From Hypanus sabinus (taxonomy: Eukaryota): a DNA stretch of 64,000 nt. The notes under the pieces are model-generated. The model saw nothing but the letters and a program-made list of their open reading frames with translations, was not told where the DNA came from and did not search any database. The stretch is taken from NCBI RefSeq assembly GCF_030144855.1, contig NC_082710.1:170748001-170812000 (forward strand), written 5' to 3'. This document shows positions 48,601-60,642 of the stretch, in pieces. Both the position numbers and the translations under genes were made by a program. Each line of letters begins with the position of its first letter. The first letter of the stretch is position 1.

Positions 48601-51120
48601 CAAATTTCTTATAAAGTCCTACAGAATAACCATCCAATCCAGGAGCTTAACCAGATTGCATTGAAAAAAATGGCTTTCTGAATTTCGTTTTCAGTACAAG
48701 GAACATCAAGAGTTTGTTGATCTGCAGCAGAAATTAGAGGAAAATCGATCTTTTGTAAAAAAAGTATTCTTTTTAGATGAATCAACCAGAAACTGAGATT
48801 TGTAAAGTTCAATGTAAAAGTCTTGAAAAAATTTATTAATGTCTTCATAATTACATGCTAAATTACAATCTCTAGCTGCTTTTAATTGAGATGCTAATAG
48901 CTTATTATTTTTATCTCCAAACACATAAAATTGGCTTCAATTTAAGCAAATTTCTTTCAATAGGATAAGTTAATAATAAATAATATTGTGATTGGAGTTC
49001 AACTCTTTGTTTGAGTAAATCAATGTTAGGAGAGATTGCATAAATATTATTCAAGTCTTTAATTTGTTTTGAAATCTTATCTAACTCTGTTTTTGTCTGT
49101 TTCTTAAACTTAGCTGGATAGGAGATTATCTGACTGCGCAAATATACTTTAAATGTATCCCATAAAGTCAATTTCGACAGATCTCCCGTATTATTAAATG
49201 GAAAAAAATCTTTTATCTGAGTCTCAATAAATTTGACAAAGTCCAAACTTTTCTGGAAAATTTTCTGGAAAATACCAAGGCAAATTTGCAATAACAACAT
49301 CATTCAATGCAAAAGCTAAACTTAAAGGTGCATGTTCCAATAGTATCATATTCACATTTCTTGACTTTGGACAGAAATTGGGGATCAGCTATAAAATAAT
49401 CGACTCTCGAATATTTTTTGTGAACATGTGAAAAAAAGAATAATCGCTATCATTCGGATGTAAATGTATCCAAATTTCAACCAGACCAAAATCAATTTTT
49501 TTCAACTAGACCAAAAGATTTTTAAAATCTTTTTTACTAATTATTATTAAAGAGCAACAAAAAATACATTAAGGTAATCAAGTCAATATATCATTATGTA
49601 CAATGAAGAATTAAATTAGCAAATAACTGATTAACAAAGCTAATCAATATATCAATAATAAGAAGCAAAAATAAAGTGTTAAGAATATTTTTTGAATAAA
49701 AAGGAACCCCTACTAACTAAGAGAAAAAAACCCTACTAACTAAAAAAATGGAAAAAAACCCCCAATGGTAGCACAACCCCGGAGCTATACATCATACAAG
49801 CATCCATAGAAGAAAAACATCAGTCCGCCAACTGAAATCCATTTAAACAAAACTCAGAAGGAAACCATATTAATTCACTCAAATCAGATGATAGTAGCAG
49901 GCAAATAAACCCCACCTTTTCTCAAAATCAAATCAAGGATCCAAAGTTCGACTTCTGATTTTCTCCAAACTAAGACAAAGCATCACTTGAGAGAACCATT
50001 GTATCAAAGTAGGGGCAGAAGCATCTTTCCGTTTTGACAAAATAGCCATTCTGAACAATAATGCTACAAATGCAATTACATGTTGGTCTGATAGAATGTA
50101 AATGTCTCCAAATTTCAAGCAAGCCAAAATCAATTAAAAAAGAGTTAATAAGTGATGCAGAACAACTCAGAAGCCACTGATTGGTTGAACTCACGTCAAT
50201 CAAAGGATTTAAACAATCTTCAAAGCTTGTTTCCTTTCTGAAATAACAATTATTCAACAAACCTAAAACCATTCAAACCTTGGCTGCAACCAAAAGAGAG
50301 GTAACATAGTCCAATGCATCTTTGGGGTCCAGAAAAACACCTGGAGTCGAATCTTTGGGAAATAATGTTAACTGGCATGAAGTGAGGGAATAATCCCTTA
50401 TCATAGGCTATCTTCATGGTTGGAGCAAATTGAGACTGCAGGTCCATAACATCCTATGGATAATCCTCATAAAAATGAATCTTGGAACCCTTGAATTTAA
50501 AAACTCTGTGTTACCTTGCATATTTCATGATTTGGTCTTTAACTTTAAAACAAAGAAAGCAGACCAAAACTGACCTTGGTTTATTCGGATACTGAGATTT
50601 CAAAGTGAAAATTCTATGCGCTCTTTCGATATCGGGAGGTTGAGGTAAAATATCCAGAAACAGAGATTGAAACAAGTTAGCAAAATAGCCCAATTAATCC
50701 CCACTCTCAGATCCTTCCTTCAATCCAACAATTTGAATATTATTCTGATGAGATCTTGCTTCCAAATCAATAATCTTATTATTGAGACTTTTCCGTGGGC
50801 TGAAATATTAGCTATCTGACGCTTCGTCTCTTTAAGTTCAGAATTCAAGGAAATAATATTTTCCTGCACAAATTGAGAACTTTCTCATAACTACTTCAGC
50901 TCAGAAGAGGTAGCATCAAGTTTTACCGTGTTGTTGTCTATTTTTCTGTCAAGAACCATCAGTGAATGTTCTAAATGCTCAGCCCAAAAAGGCATATCCT
51001 CTGATTTTCTTTCGAAGTTTTCCCCTTTCCATTGCTGGACCACTTCTTAAAGCTTGTGACATAATAACAACTATTCCCCTCTAAGATCTGACAAACAAAA
51101 GTTAAAAATTCAAATTTTAA
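45640..51120 (-). mobile_element. Degenerate L1-clade LINE, paralog of 1-3110 plus its 3' part, interrupted by a solo LTR
   Basis: ORF 47628-48476 with RT motifs GTRQGCPLSPLLF..SLYADDLL..FKYLGI; ORF2 C-terminus at 46510-46660; partial 3' copy at about 41640-42053. Confidence 0.9.
46659..47729 (-). mobile_element. Solo LTR (1071 bp, probably Gypsy-type) inserted in L1 ORF2
   Basis: TGTCA...TGACA termini and an exact 5-bp target-site duplication CAAAT (46654-46658 and 47730-47734). Removing it restores LYKANLVPLVDFMK in the L1 frame. Confidence 0.85.
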
Positions 51121-51149
51121 ACTGGAGAAAAGGAAGAATTAATTGCAGC

Positions 51150-54100
51150 CACACAAAATGTGTGTCACTCCATTGGGCAGTAGGCGGCGACCCCCTGACT
51201 ATTATCACTATCAATGCATCATCTTATCATCTCATCATTTTATACATCTCTATCAGATCACCTCTCATCCTCCGTCACTCCAAGGAGAAAAGGCCACATT
51301 CACTCAATCCATTCGTATAAGGTACACTCTCCAATACAGGCAACATCCTTCTAAATATCTTCTGCACTCTCTCTATAGTATCCACATCCTTCCCGTAGTG
51401 AGGGGACCAGATCTGAGCACAGTACTCCAAGTGGGGTCTGAACAATGTTTTTTATAGCTGTAAAATTATCTCATGGCTCTTGAACTCAATCCCACAGTTG
51501 ATGAAGGCAATCACACCATACACCTTCTTAAGTACATCGTCAATGTAGAAGGTAGAGGGGGGACTTGATAGAGGTATTTAAAATTATGAGGGGGATAGAT
51601 AGAGTTGATATGGATAGGCTTTTTCCATTGAGAGTAGGGGAGACTCAAACAAGAGGACATGAGAGTTAAGTTTAGGGGTAACTCAAGGGAGAATTTCTTT
51701 ACTCAGAGAGTGGTAGCTATGGAACGAGCTTCCAGTAGAAGTGGTAGAGGCAGGTTCGATATTGTCATTAAAAAAAATTGGATTGGTATATGGATGGGAA
51801 AGGAATGGAGGGTTATGGGCTGAGTGCAGGTCGGTGGGTCTAGGTACGGAATCTCGGCACGGAATAGAAGGGCCGAGATGGCCTGTTTCCATGCTGTAAT
51901 TGTTATATGTTATATGGTTATAACCTGCACAGCAGTTTTGAGTGTCCTTTGGATCTCTGTGATCCAACACACTGCCAAGAGTCTTACCATTAATTTTATA
52001 TTCTGTCTTCAAATTTGACCTGCCAAAATGAACCACTTCACACTTATCTGGGTTGAAATCCATCTGCCCATTTTGCAGGCAGTTCTGTATCCTATCAATG
52101 TCCTGCTGTAACCTCTGACAATCTTCCAGACTATCCACAATGAAGCCAACTTTTGTGTCATCAGCAAACTTATTAACCCACATTTTTCCTTCCTCATTCA
52201 GGTCATTTATAAAAATCTCAAAGAAAAGGAGGTCCAAGAACAGATCCCTGCAGAACACCACATCATTGACCCCCATGCAGAATGCAAACCATCTACAGCC
52301 TTTACCTTCTATTGGCAAGCCAATTCTGAATCCACAATGCAAAGTCTCCTTGGGTCCCATGTCTTACTTTCTGAATGAGCCTTGTATGGGGAACCTTATC
52401 AAATGCCTTACTGAAATTCATATACAGTACATCCACTACTCTACCTTCATGAATCTATTTTGTTACATCCACAAAGAATTCAATCAGGCTTGTAAGACAT
52501 GACCTGCCCTTGACAAAGTCATGCTGACTATCCCTAATCAGATTGTCTCTCCAAATGCTCATAAATCCTGCCTCTCGAAATCTTCTCCAACAACTTGCCC
52601 ACCACAGAAGGAAGTCTCACTGGTCTATAATTCCCTGTGTTATCTCTACTCCCTTTCTTGAACAGGGGAACAACATTTGCAACCCTCTAATCCTCCAGTG
52701 CTTCTCCCATCCCTATTAGTGATGCGAAGATCATCACCAGAGGCTCAGCAATCTCCTCCCTTACTGTCCACAGTGGCCTGCAGGATATTTCATCTGGTCC
52801 CGGCGACTTATCTAACCTAATATTTTTCAAAAGCTCCAGCACATCCTCTTTCTTAATGTCCTAATCCACAAGCGGTTCAGTGTGTTGTAAGTCATCCCCA
52901 CAATTGCCAAGATTCTTTTCCCCTGGTGAATACTGAAGCAAAGTTTTCATTAAGTACCTCCGATTCCATCTCTGACTCCATGCACATGTTTCCACTATTG
53001 CACCTGATCAGTCCTATTCTCACATGGCTCGTACTCTTGCTCTTCACATACTTGTAGAACGCCTTGGGGTTTTCCTTAATCCTTCTCGCTAAGGCCTTTT
53101 CATGACTCCTTCTAACTCTCCTAATTTCATTCTTAAGCTCCTTCCTAGCAACCTTGTAATTTTCCAGCGCTCTACTAGTACTTAGTTTCTTGAACCTTTC
53201 GTAAATTTTTCTTAACTAGATTTTCTACATCCTTTGTACACCATGGGTCTTTAACCCCACCATCCTTTCCCAGCCTCAATGGAACATACCTATGCAGAAC
53301 ATCTTGCAAATTTTCCCTGAACATTTGCCACATTTCTGCCATGCACTTCTCTGAAAATATCTGCTCCCAATTAATGCTCCCAAGCTCCAGCCTAATAGCA
53401 TCATATCTCCCATTACCCCAGTTCAGTGTTTCCCCAAATTGTATGCTCCTATCCTTCTCCAGTACTATAGTAAAGGAGATAGAGTTGCAATCACTACCGC
53501 CAAAATACTCTCACACCAAGAGATCTGACACCTGACCAGGTACATTTCCCAATACCAGATCAAGTACAGCCTCTCCTCTAGTTGGTGCATCTGCATATTG
53601 CATCAGGAAACCTTCCTGAACACACCTAACAAACTCTACCCCATCCAAACCCCTTGCTCTAAGAAGATGCCAGTCAATGTTAGGAAAGTTAAAACCACCC
53701 ATCACAGCAACCCTATTATTATCACACCATTCCAGAATCTGCCACCCTATCTACCCTGCAATGTCTCTGTTACTATCGGGGTCTATAGAAACAATTAGTA
53801 GAGTTATTACCCTCTTTCTGTTTCTGACTTCCCCCACACTGACTCAGTAGAGAATCCCTCCAAGACTTCCTCCTTTCCTGCAGTTGTGACACCATCCCTG
53901 ATTAGTAATGCCACACCCCGACCTCTTTTGCCTCCGTCCGTGTTCTTTTTGAGTCATCTAAAGCCGGATGCTCTCAGCAACCATTCCTGCCCCTGAGACA
54001 GTCAAGTCTCTGTAATGGTCAGAATGTCATAGTTTCATGTATTGATCCACTCCCTAAGTTCATCCACCTTGTTTATGATACTCCTTGCATTAAAATAGAC

Positions 54101-55480
54101 ACATCTCAAACTATCTGGCTGAACGCATCTTTGCTCTATCATCTGCCTGTCCTTCCTCACAAACTCCCTACAACTGTCCTTACTTATGCACCAACTGCCC
54201 CATCCCCAGCCTTTTCACTTTGGATCCCAACCCCCTGAAAATCTTGTTTAAACCCACCCCAACAGCACTAGCAAACGGTTCCTCTCCAGTTCAGGTGCAA
54301 ACATCCCACTTGTACAGGTCACCACTTCCCCAGAAAGAATCCAATGATCTAAGAACTTGAAATATTGCCCCTTGTACCATCTCCTCAGCCATTCATTCTT
54401 CTGCACTATCTTCCTGGCCTTGCCTAGCTCATGGCACAGGGAGTAAACCAGAGGATATTGGAAGCCCTACTCATCAGCCTCCTTCCCAACTTCCTAATCT
54501 TACTGTACAGGACCTCTACCACTCTCCTGCCTATGTCATTGCTCCAACATGTACCATTACCTCCAGATGCTCACCCTCCACTTCAAGAACCCAGAGACAT
54601 CCTGGCCCCAAGCACCCGGGACACAACACACTATCCTGGTGTCTCTATCTCCCATCTGTCACCCTAACTATCGAGTCCCCTATGACTATAGTTCCACCTA
54701 ACTTCACCCTACTCTTCTGAGGCTTTTGGTCTGGCTGCTGCTGTCTTGCCCATTTAGGTCATTTCCCCCCCCCCCCCCAGCAGTATCCAAAGGGGTATAG
54801 CTGTTGCTGAGAGGAATAGCCTGCACTGATTTCTTTCTCTCTTTATCTTTTTCTGTATTCACCCATCTACTCTCTGAATTCTGCACTCTGGGTGTAACTC
54901 AATAGTCTTATCTATCAGCTTGCCTCCCTCCCGGATGATTGTTAGTTCATCCAACTCCAGCTCCAGCTCCAGCTCTTTAATGTGGTCCTTCATGAGCGGG
55001 AGTTGGCTGTACTTCCTACAGGTATAGTCATCAGGGAGACTATGTTCCATGAATTCCCACATTCTACAGGAGCAGCATTCCACAGCCATATCTGCCATCC
55101 TGCCTGCACCGTACAATGGGCAGCCAAGACCAAATCAGCCACAACCAAAGGAAAAAACCTGCCCTTCCTACCTGTTTCTTTGGCCTCAGCCTCTTCTCGT
55201 CCCACTCTGACAATGGCCACTCCACTGGACCCTATCTCTCTTATCTGGTTTAAAAAAAAGAAAGATCCCCACACAAGGAGAAGGAACTCATCACATTTGG
55301 TGCTGTGCCTGCCTTCCACTGGTGACGGTGCCTCCGACACGTCCCGCTCCTGTGAACTGGCTACGGTTTTTAAGAAAAATCCTCACACAAGGAGAAGGAA
55401 CTCATCGGATTTGGTGCTCCGCCTGCCTTATGCTGCCGCTGATGCCTCTGAACTGATAGAGGTTTATCACTAATTAGAGA
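51150..55480 (-). mobile_element. CR1 LINE, paralog of 3120-7430
   Basis: Same ORF fragments (51683-52360, 53511-53705, 54859-55116). Confidence 0.9.
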
Positions 55481-56372
55481 CACAGCCAATTGATATCATT
55501 GTCACAGGGGATCATGTCTAATTCCAGAGGGCATGAATTTAAAGTGGGAGGGTATGTTCAAAGGAGAAGTGTAGGCAAGTGTTTTCACAGACAGGTACAG
55601 TAGGGCATTGAACAGGCTCTTAAACAGGCACATGGGTGTGCCGGAAATGAGGGATACGGACGCTATGTTGGGAAGGGTTAGTCTAATTGGACATCTGGTC
55701 ACCAATTGGTTTGGCGCAACATTGTTTACTGAAGGGCCCATTACTGTACGGTACTGTCTAATGTATTTAAAATAGTAACTACTGAACCGTCCAGTCCATA
55801 GCCCAATCACACTCTTTGTTAAAACATTTCTGCTCACGATTTACCACCTCATTCTTTCAAAGTTTCTACCCCCAATGCCAACTCCAAATGATGGCAGGAT
55901 CAGAACCAGAAACAGGTTTAATATCACCGGCATATGTCGTGAAGTTTAGATAGATAGATAGATAGATAGATACTTTATTTATCCCCAAGGGGAAATACAA
56001 CATTTTTCCAGAGTCCCATACACTTATTGTAGCAAAACTAATTACATACAGTATTTAACTCAGTATAAATATGATATGCATATTCACTTAAGCAGAAATA
56101 CTATGCAATACATGATAATATAGAAAAGATAATAAGTAAACAGATCAATTTCAGTAAGTATGAATGTGTGTGAGTGTGTGTATGTGTTTATTTATTTATA
56201 TGTATATTAAATAGTTGAATTTAAAAATTGTGCAAAAACAGAACTAATAAAAAATGAAACAATTATTCCATGCTTTCAGGTCAGCTGCCATGTCATTGTG
56301 TGCCTCACCATTCTTGAAGGGCCAAATGGCCTATTTGTGCTGATGTGTTCTGTGTTGTTTTCTCCCCCACAG

Positions 56373-56486
56373 GCAAACTAAAACCTGTCACGATTCTCCT
56401 GGTGATCCTGTTAGCAGCCTTTGGGATACAGGGGAGCATCCTGCTCGTCAGCATCCTGTTTCATAGAAAAATCTGCAGTGCAGAAA
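56373..56486 (+). CDS. NCR3-like: Gene 2 transmembrane exon
   Basis: Paralog of 9415-9528 with intact AG/GT; two substitutions (one synonymous, one FRRK to FHRK). Phase 1 is compatible with direct splicing from the V exon. Confidence 0.85.
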
Positions 56487-59142
56487 GTAAGGGGACTGAA
56501 TCCTTTACCTCTATAACCAGTTTAAGATCATCAGATAGAGGGATTAGGCCATTCAGCCCATCAAGTTTGCTCCACCATTCCATATTGAGACATTTTCCCC
56601 CTTGTAACCCTGTTCTTCTGCCTTTCCTCCATAACTTTAGAAACCAATACCCATCAGGAACCTATTAACTTCTGCTTTAAATATACCCAATGACTTGGCC
56701 TCCACATTTGTCTGGAGCAATAAACTCCACAGATTCACCACCTGGCTAAAGTAACTTTCCTTTATTTCCTGTTCTGAGTGGTGCTGTCTGGTCCTAGATG
56801 CTCTCAATATTGGAAATATCCTCGCCACATACACTCTATTTAGGCCTTTTAGCATTTCATAAATGTCAGTAAGATCCATTCTCACCATTCTTCTAAACTC
56901 CAGCCAGTACAGGCCCAGGGCCAGCAATCGTTCCCTGTACATTAACTCTTTCATTCCCAGATCAATTTTGTCATTCTCCTCTGGATCCTCTCCAATGCCA
57001 GCACATTGTCTCTTAGATATTGAGCCCCAAACTGCTCACAACACTGCCAATCTTGTTTGACCAATGCCTTATACCCCTAAAGGTGAGGAACATTTGGAAA
57101 GCCCAAGGGGTTCCTCAGCATGTGTAGATAAGCAGGGCAATTGAGGTAGTAGAGCTGTGACTCAGCAACAGAGACACAGGCCCTTCAGCCCAACTCATCT
57201 CTGCTGACTGAGATGTCTGGTGCCATTAACCAGTGATTGGCCCATAAATCTTTGGTCATGATGGTGCAAGCTGTGGTCTCTCTGGAGATCATGGCCCAGA
57301 CTTAGTTGTACTTTTAAGTTTGAAGGGGTGGTTTTAGGGACAGAGAGTGGAGTCAGGGGTCAGATTAGGGTTTGTGGACAGGGATGTGAAGGAGGTAGAG
57401 GTCAGGACTCCACTCTGCGCCCAGTGATGTGGACGATTCACAAGGTGTACTCCGAGTCTGGGACTCTGCTCTGCACAATGATTCCAGCGATGCTGTCATG
57501 GCGATGAAATACATTCAGAGATTAGGCCTCTGCTCTGTGCACAAAAGTTAGTCATGTGGGCGGGAATCTCCACGAAGGACACAGTGAATGCCAGGCTGTC
57601 TCGGGTTGATGGGTCCCAGTATTGAACATCTGTGTGTCCAAAAGGCACAAGGCCCAGTCAGATGGCATCTGATTGTAATTGTGTCCAATTTTGCAGCTTT
57701 CTCTGATGACTAGGCTGGATTAATTTATTGTGAAACGCTCCGAGATGCGATGAAATCCCTTCCCTGTCTGAAGCTCACTGGTGTATGTGGTAATACTAAA
57801 TAAAACAACAAATACAGCGATGAGGACAAGACAACAGTCTGGTGTAGGGAGAGTAGTGCAATGTAACATACGGCAAAAAGAAACGCTCGTCAGTGACAGG
57901 GAGGGCAGACTAGTGGGACGGCGTGGTGACATTGTGGTTTCTGTAACACTGTTACAGTGCCAGCAAAGGGGTGGCTCAGTTCCTGCCACTGTCTGTAAGG
58001 AGTTTGTGTGTTCTCCCTGTGACTGCGTCGGTTTCCAATGGGTGCAGTGGTTCCCTCCACATCCTAAAGACATACAAGTTGTCAGGTTAATTGGGACATT
58101 GGTGTAACTGCAGGGAGCTGTCACGTCGGGCTGGAAGGACCTGTTACTGCCCTGTGTCCCTAAATAAAAATAAAATAAACAAGAACGAAGAGACCAAGTA
58201 CAACTATCTCTAAGTAAGTGGCAGTGGGTCACACCCTCATAAATCATCTTTGCGCCCTCTCCAGTGCAGTCATGTCCTTCCTTCAGTGTGGCACCTGAAC
58301 TGTGCACAGTCCTCCAGCTGTGACCTGACCAATGCATTATAAAGCCGTATCATCATCTTTTGTACTCCCTGTGCTGCCCAATGGAAGCAAGTATCCATGT
58401 GCTTTGTCCATACAACTGACTCGGTTTTGAGGGCTAAGTGGGAAACCAGTGCATTCTGAAACCACCTGGGTGGAGCTGCCAACAAGCAGACTCCTGGTGG
58501 GGACTCATTTCAGTTCCATTCCCTACTCCCATTCTGACACGTCTGTCCACAATGAGGCCAAACAAGGTGGAGAAGCAACACCTCATATTCCAGCTAAGGT
58601 GCCTCTAACCTGGTGGCATGAACATTGACTTCTCTAACTTCTGAAAATTCCTCTTGCCCCCCCTCTCTTTTTCCATTCCTCATTCTGGTTACCTTCTCAG
58701 CCCTTTCCTTCTCCTTACCGAACCATCACCCTTTTCAGATGCCCCTCGTCCTTCCCTTCAATTGCCCTCTGTCCTCTCCTATCAGATTCTTTCATCTTCA
58801 GCCTTTCACCTCTTCTACTTATCACCCTCCCCCCAGCTTCTTACTTCATGTGCTCTCCGTCACCTGCCCACCTTGCCCCTCACCTGGTCTCACCTATCAC
58901 TTGGCAGTTTGTACTCCATTCCCCTCCCCTCACATTATCTTCTGGCTTCTACCCTCTTCCTTCCCAGTCCTGTTGAAGGCTCTTGATCAGAAGAATCGAC
59001 TGGTTATTGCTCTCCATAAATGCTGCCTGACCTGCTGAGTTCATCCAGCATTTTGTGATTGGTTCTCTGGACTTCCAGCATCTGCAGAATCACTTGTGTT
59101 TGTTGACTAATCAGCATCTTTCTTCTCTCCTTCCCTTCACAG

Positions 59143-59161
59143 ATTCTGTTCTGGTTCAAAG
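59143..59161 (+). CDS. Gene 2 cytoplasmic exon c1
   Basis: Identical to 12177-12195 with intact splice sites. Confidence 0.7.
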
Positions 59162-59258
59162 GTGAGTGTTTGTTACACTCTCAAGTTTCACAGAATCTGT
59201 GCCATTACCATGTAAAGGGACACACATGGAGTAAACCTTTTCCACTTTCTCTTTTCAG

Positions 59259-59296
59259 TCAGGAGCTGTCTACTCTGAACAACAGCACCATAGCGG
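59259..59296 (+). CDS. Gene 2 cytoplasmic exon c2 ((S)QELSTLNNSTIA)
   Basis: Paralog of 12293-12330; acceptor cttttcag, donor cgg|gtaagt. Confidence 0.65.
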
Positions 59297-60601
59297 GTAA
59301 GTAAAAGTCCCCAAAGCCAATCTGTATGAGTGTATTAGGCAGACTTGTCTGTGATGTTAGAGTGTCATACAGCACAGAGCTTGGCAATTCAGTCCTTCTT
59401 GTCCATGCTGACCCATCAGAATTACCCTCGCCTTCCACCACTTAGCCTCGTGCCCTTGGCAATTCGAATGTCAATTTAGAATTGCCTTTCCCACAGAGGG
59501 GATTCAGAATTTGCTTGCCTGTAGAAGGCAGAAGGTGGTTGTAGATGGAGCCTGGAGGACGCTGAGCTCTGGTGCTGTATAGTGATCTGTTTTGGGACCA
59601 CTTCTCTGTGTGATTTTTATAAATGATTCGGATGAAGAAGTGGGAGGGTGTATCAGTAAACTTGTAGATAACGTGAAGGTTGTGGAGTTGTGAGTAGTGT
59701 GGAATGGTGTCAAGGATTACAACCGGACATTGATCGGATGCAGAGCTGGGCTGCGAATGGCACATGGAATTCTAGCCTAAAAAGTGGGAAGTGATTCACT
59801 TAGGAAGGCTTAATTTGAAAGCAGAATACAGGGTGAATGGCAGAATTTCTAGCCGTGTAGAGGAACAGAGGGATCTTGGAGTCCATGTCCACAGATCCTT
59901 GAAAGTTGCCGTGCAAGTTGATTAAGACATGACAAATGTGTATGGTGTGTTGGCCTTCAGTAGCTGGGAGAGTGAGTTCAAGAACCATGAAGTAATGTTG
60001 CAGCTCTACAAAACACTTTGTATATGGTGTTGAGTTGTGTAGAAATGTCAGGGGTAAGTTTTTTATGCAGAGACTGGTGAGTGCGTGGAATGGGCTGCCG
60101 GTGACAGTGGTGGAGGTGGAATTGATAGGGTCTCTTAAGAGACTCCTGGATAGGTACATGGTGCTTAAAAAAATAGAGAGCTATGGGAAACCTTGGTTTT
60201 CTCTCAAGTAAGTACATGTTCGGCACAGCATTGTGGGTTGAAGTGCCTGTATTATGCGATAGGTTTTCTATGTTTCTTCTGAGTTCTCGTCACGTCATTA
60301 TTTACCATAGTGCTGCCTGGATTGGAGAGGATAGGCTGAGTGAGCCAGGGCTTTCCTCTTTAGAGCAAAGGAGGATAGAGGTGAATTGATAGAGGAGTAC
60401 AGAATGATAAGGGGCAAAGATCAAGTGGACTTTTTCCCTAAGCTAATATGAGGGGCCATAATTTTATGGTGTTTGGAGGAAAGTATACGGGAATGTCAGA
60501 AGTAAATTCTTTACACAGTGAGGGTAGGTGCCTGCAGAAAGCAGAGAATAGTTGTTCATCTGCCAGTGTTTGCATTAATATGCACATAATTAATTTTACA
60601 G

Positions 60602-60642
60602 CTGATCTAACTTCACCCCAGTTGGATGAAGGACCTGGGACG
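60602..60642 (+). CDS. Gene 2 cytoplasmic exon c3 ((A)DLTSPQLDEGPGT); gene presumably continues beyond the window
   Basis: Paralog of 13632-13672 with one substitution; donor acg|gtaagt. Confidence 0.65.
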
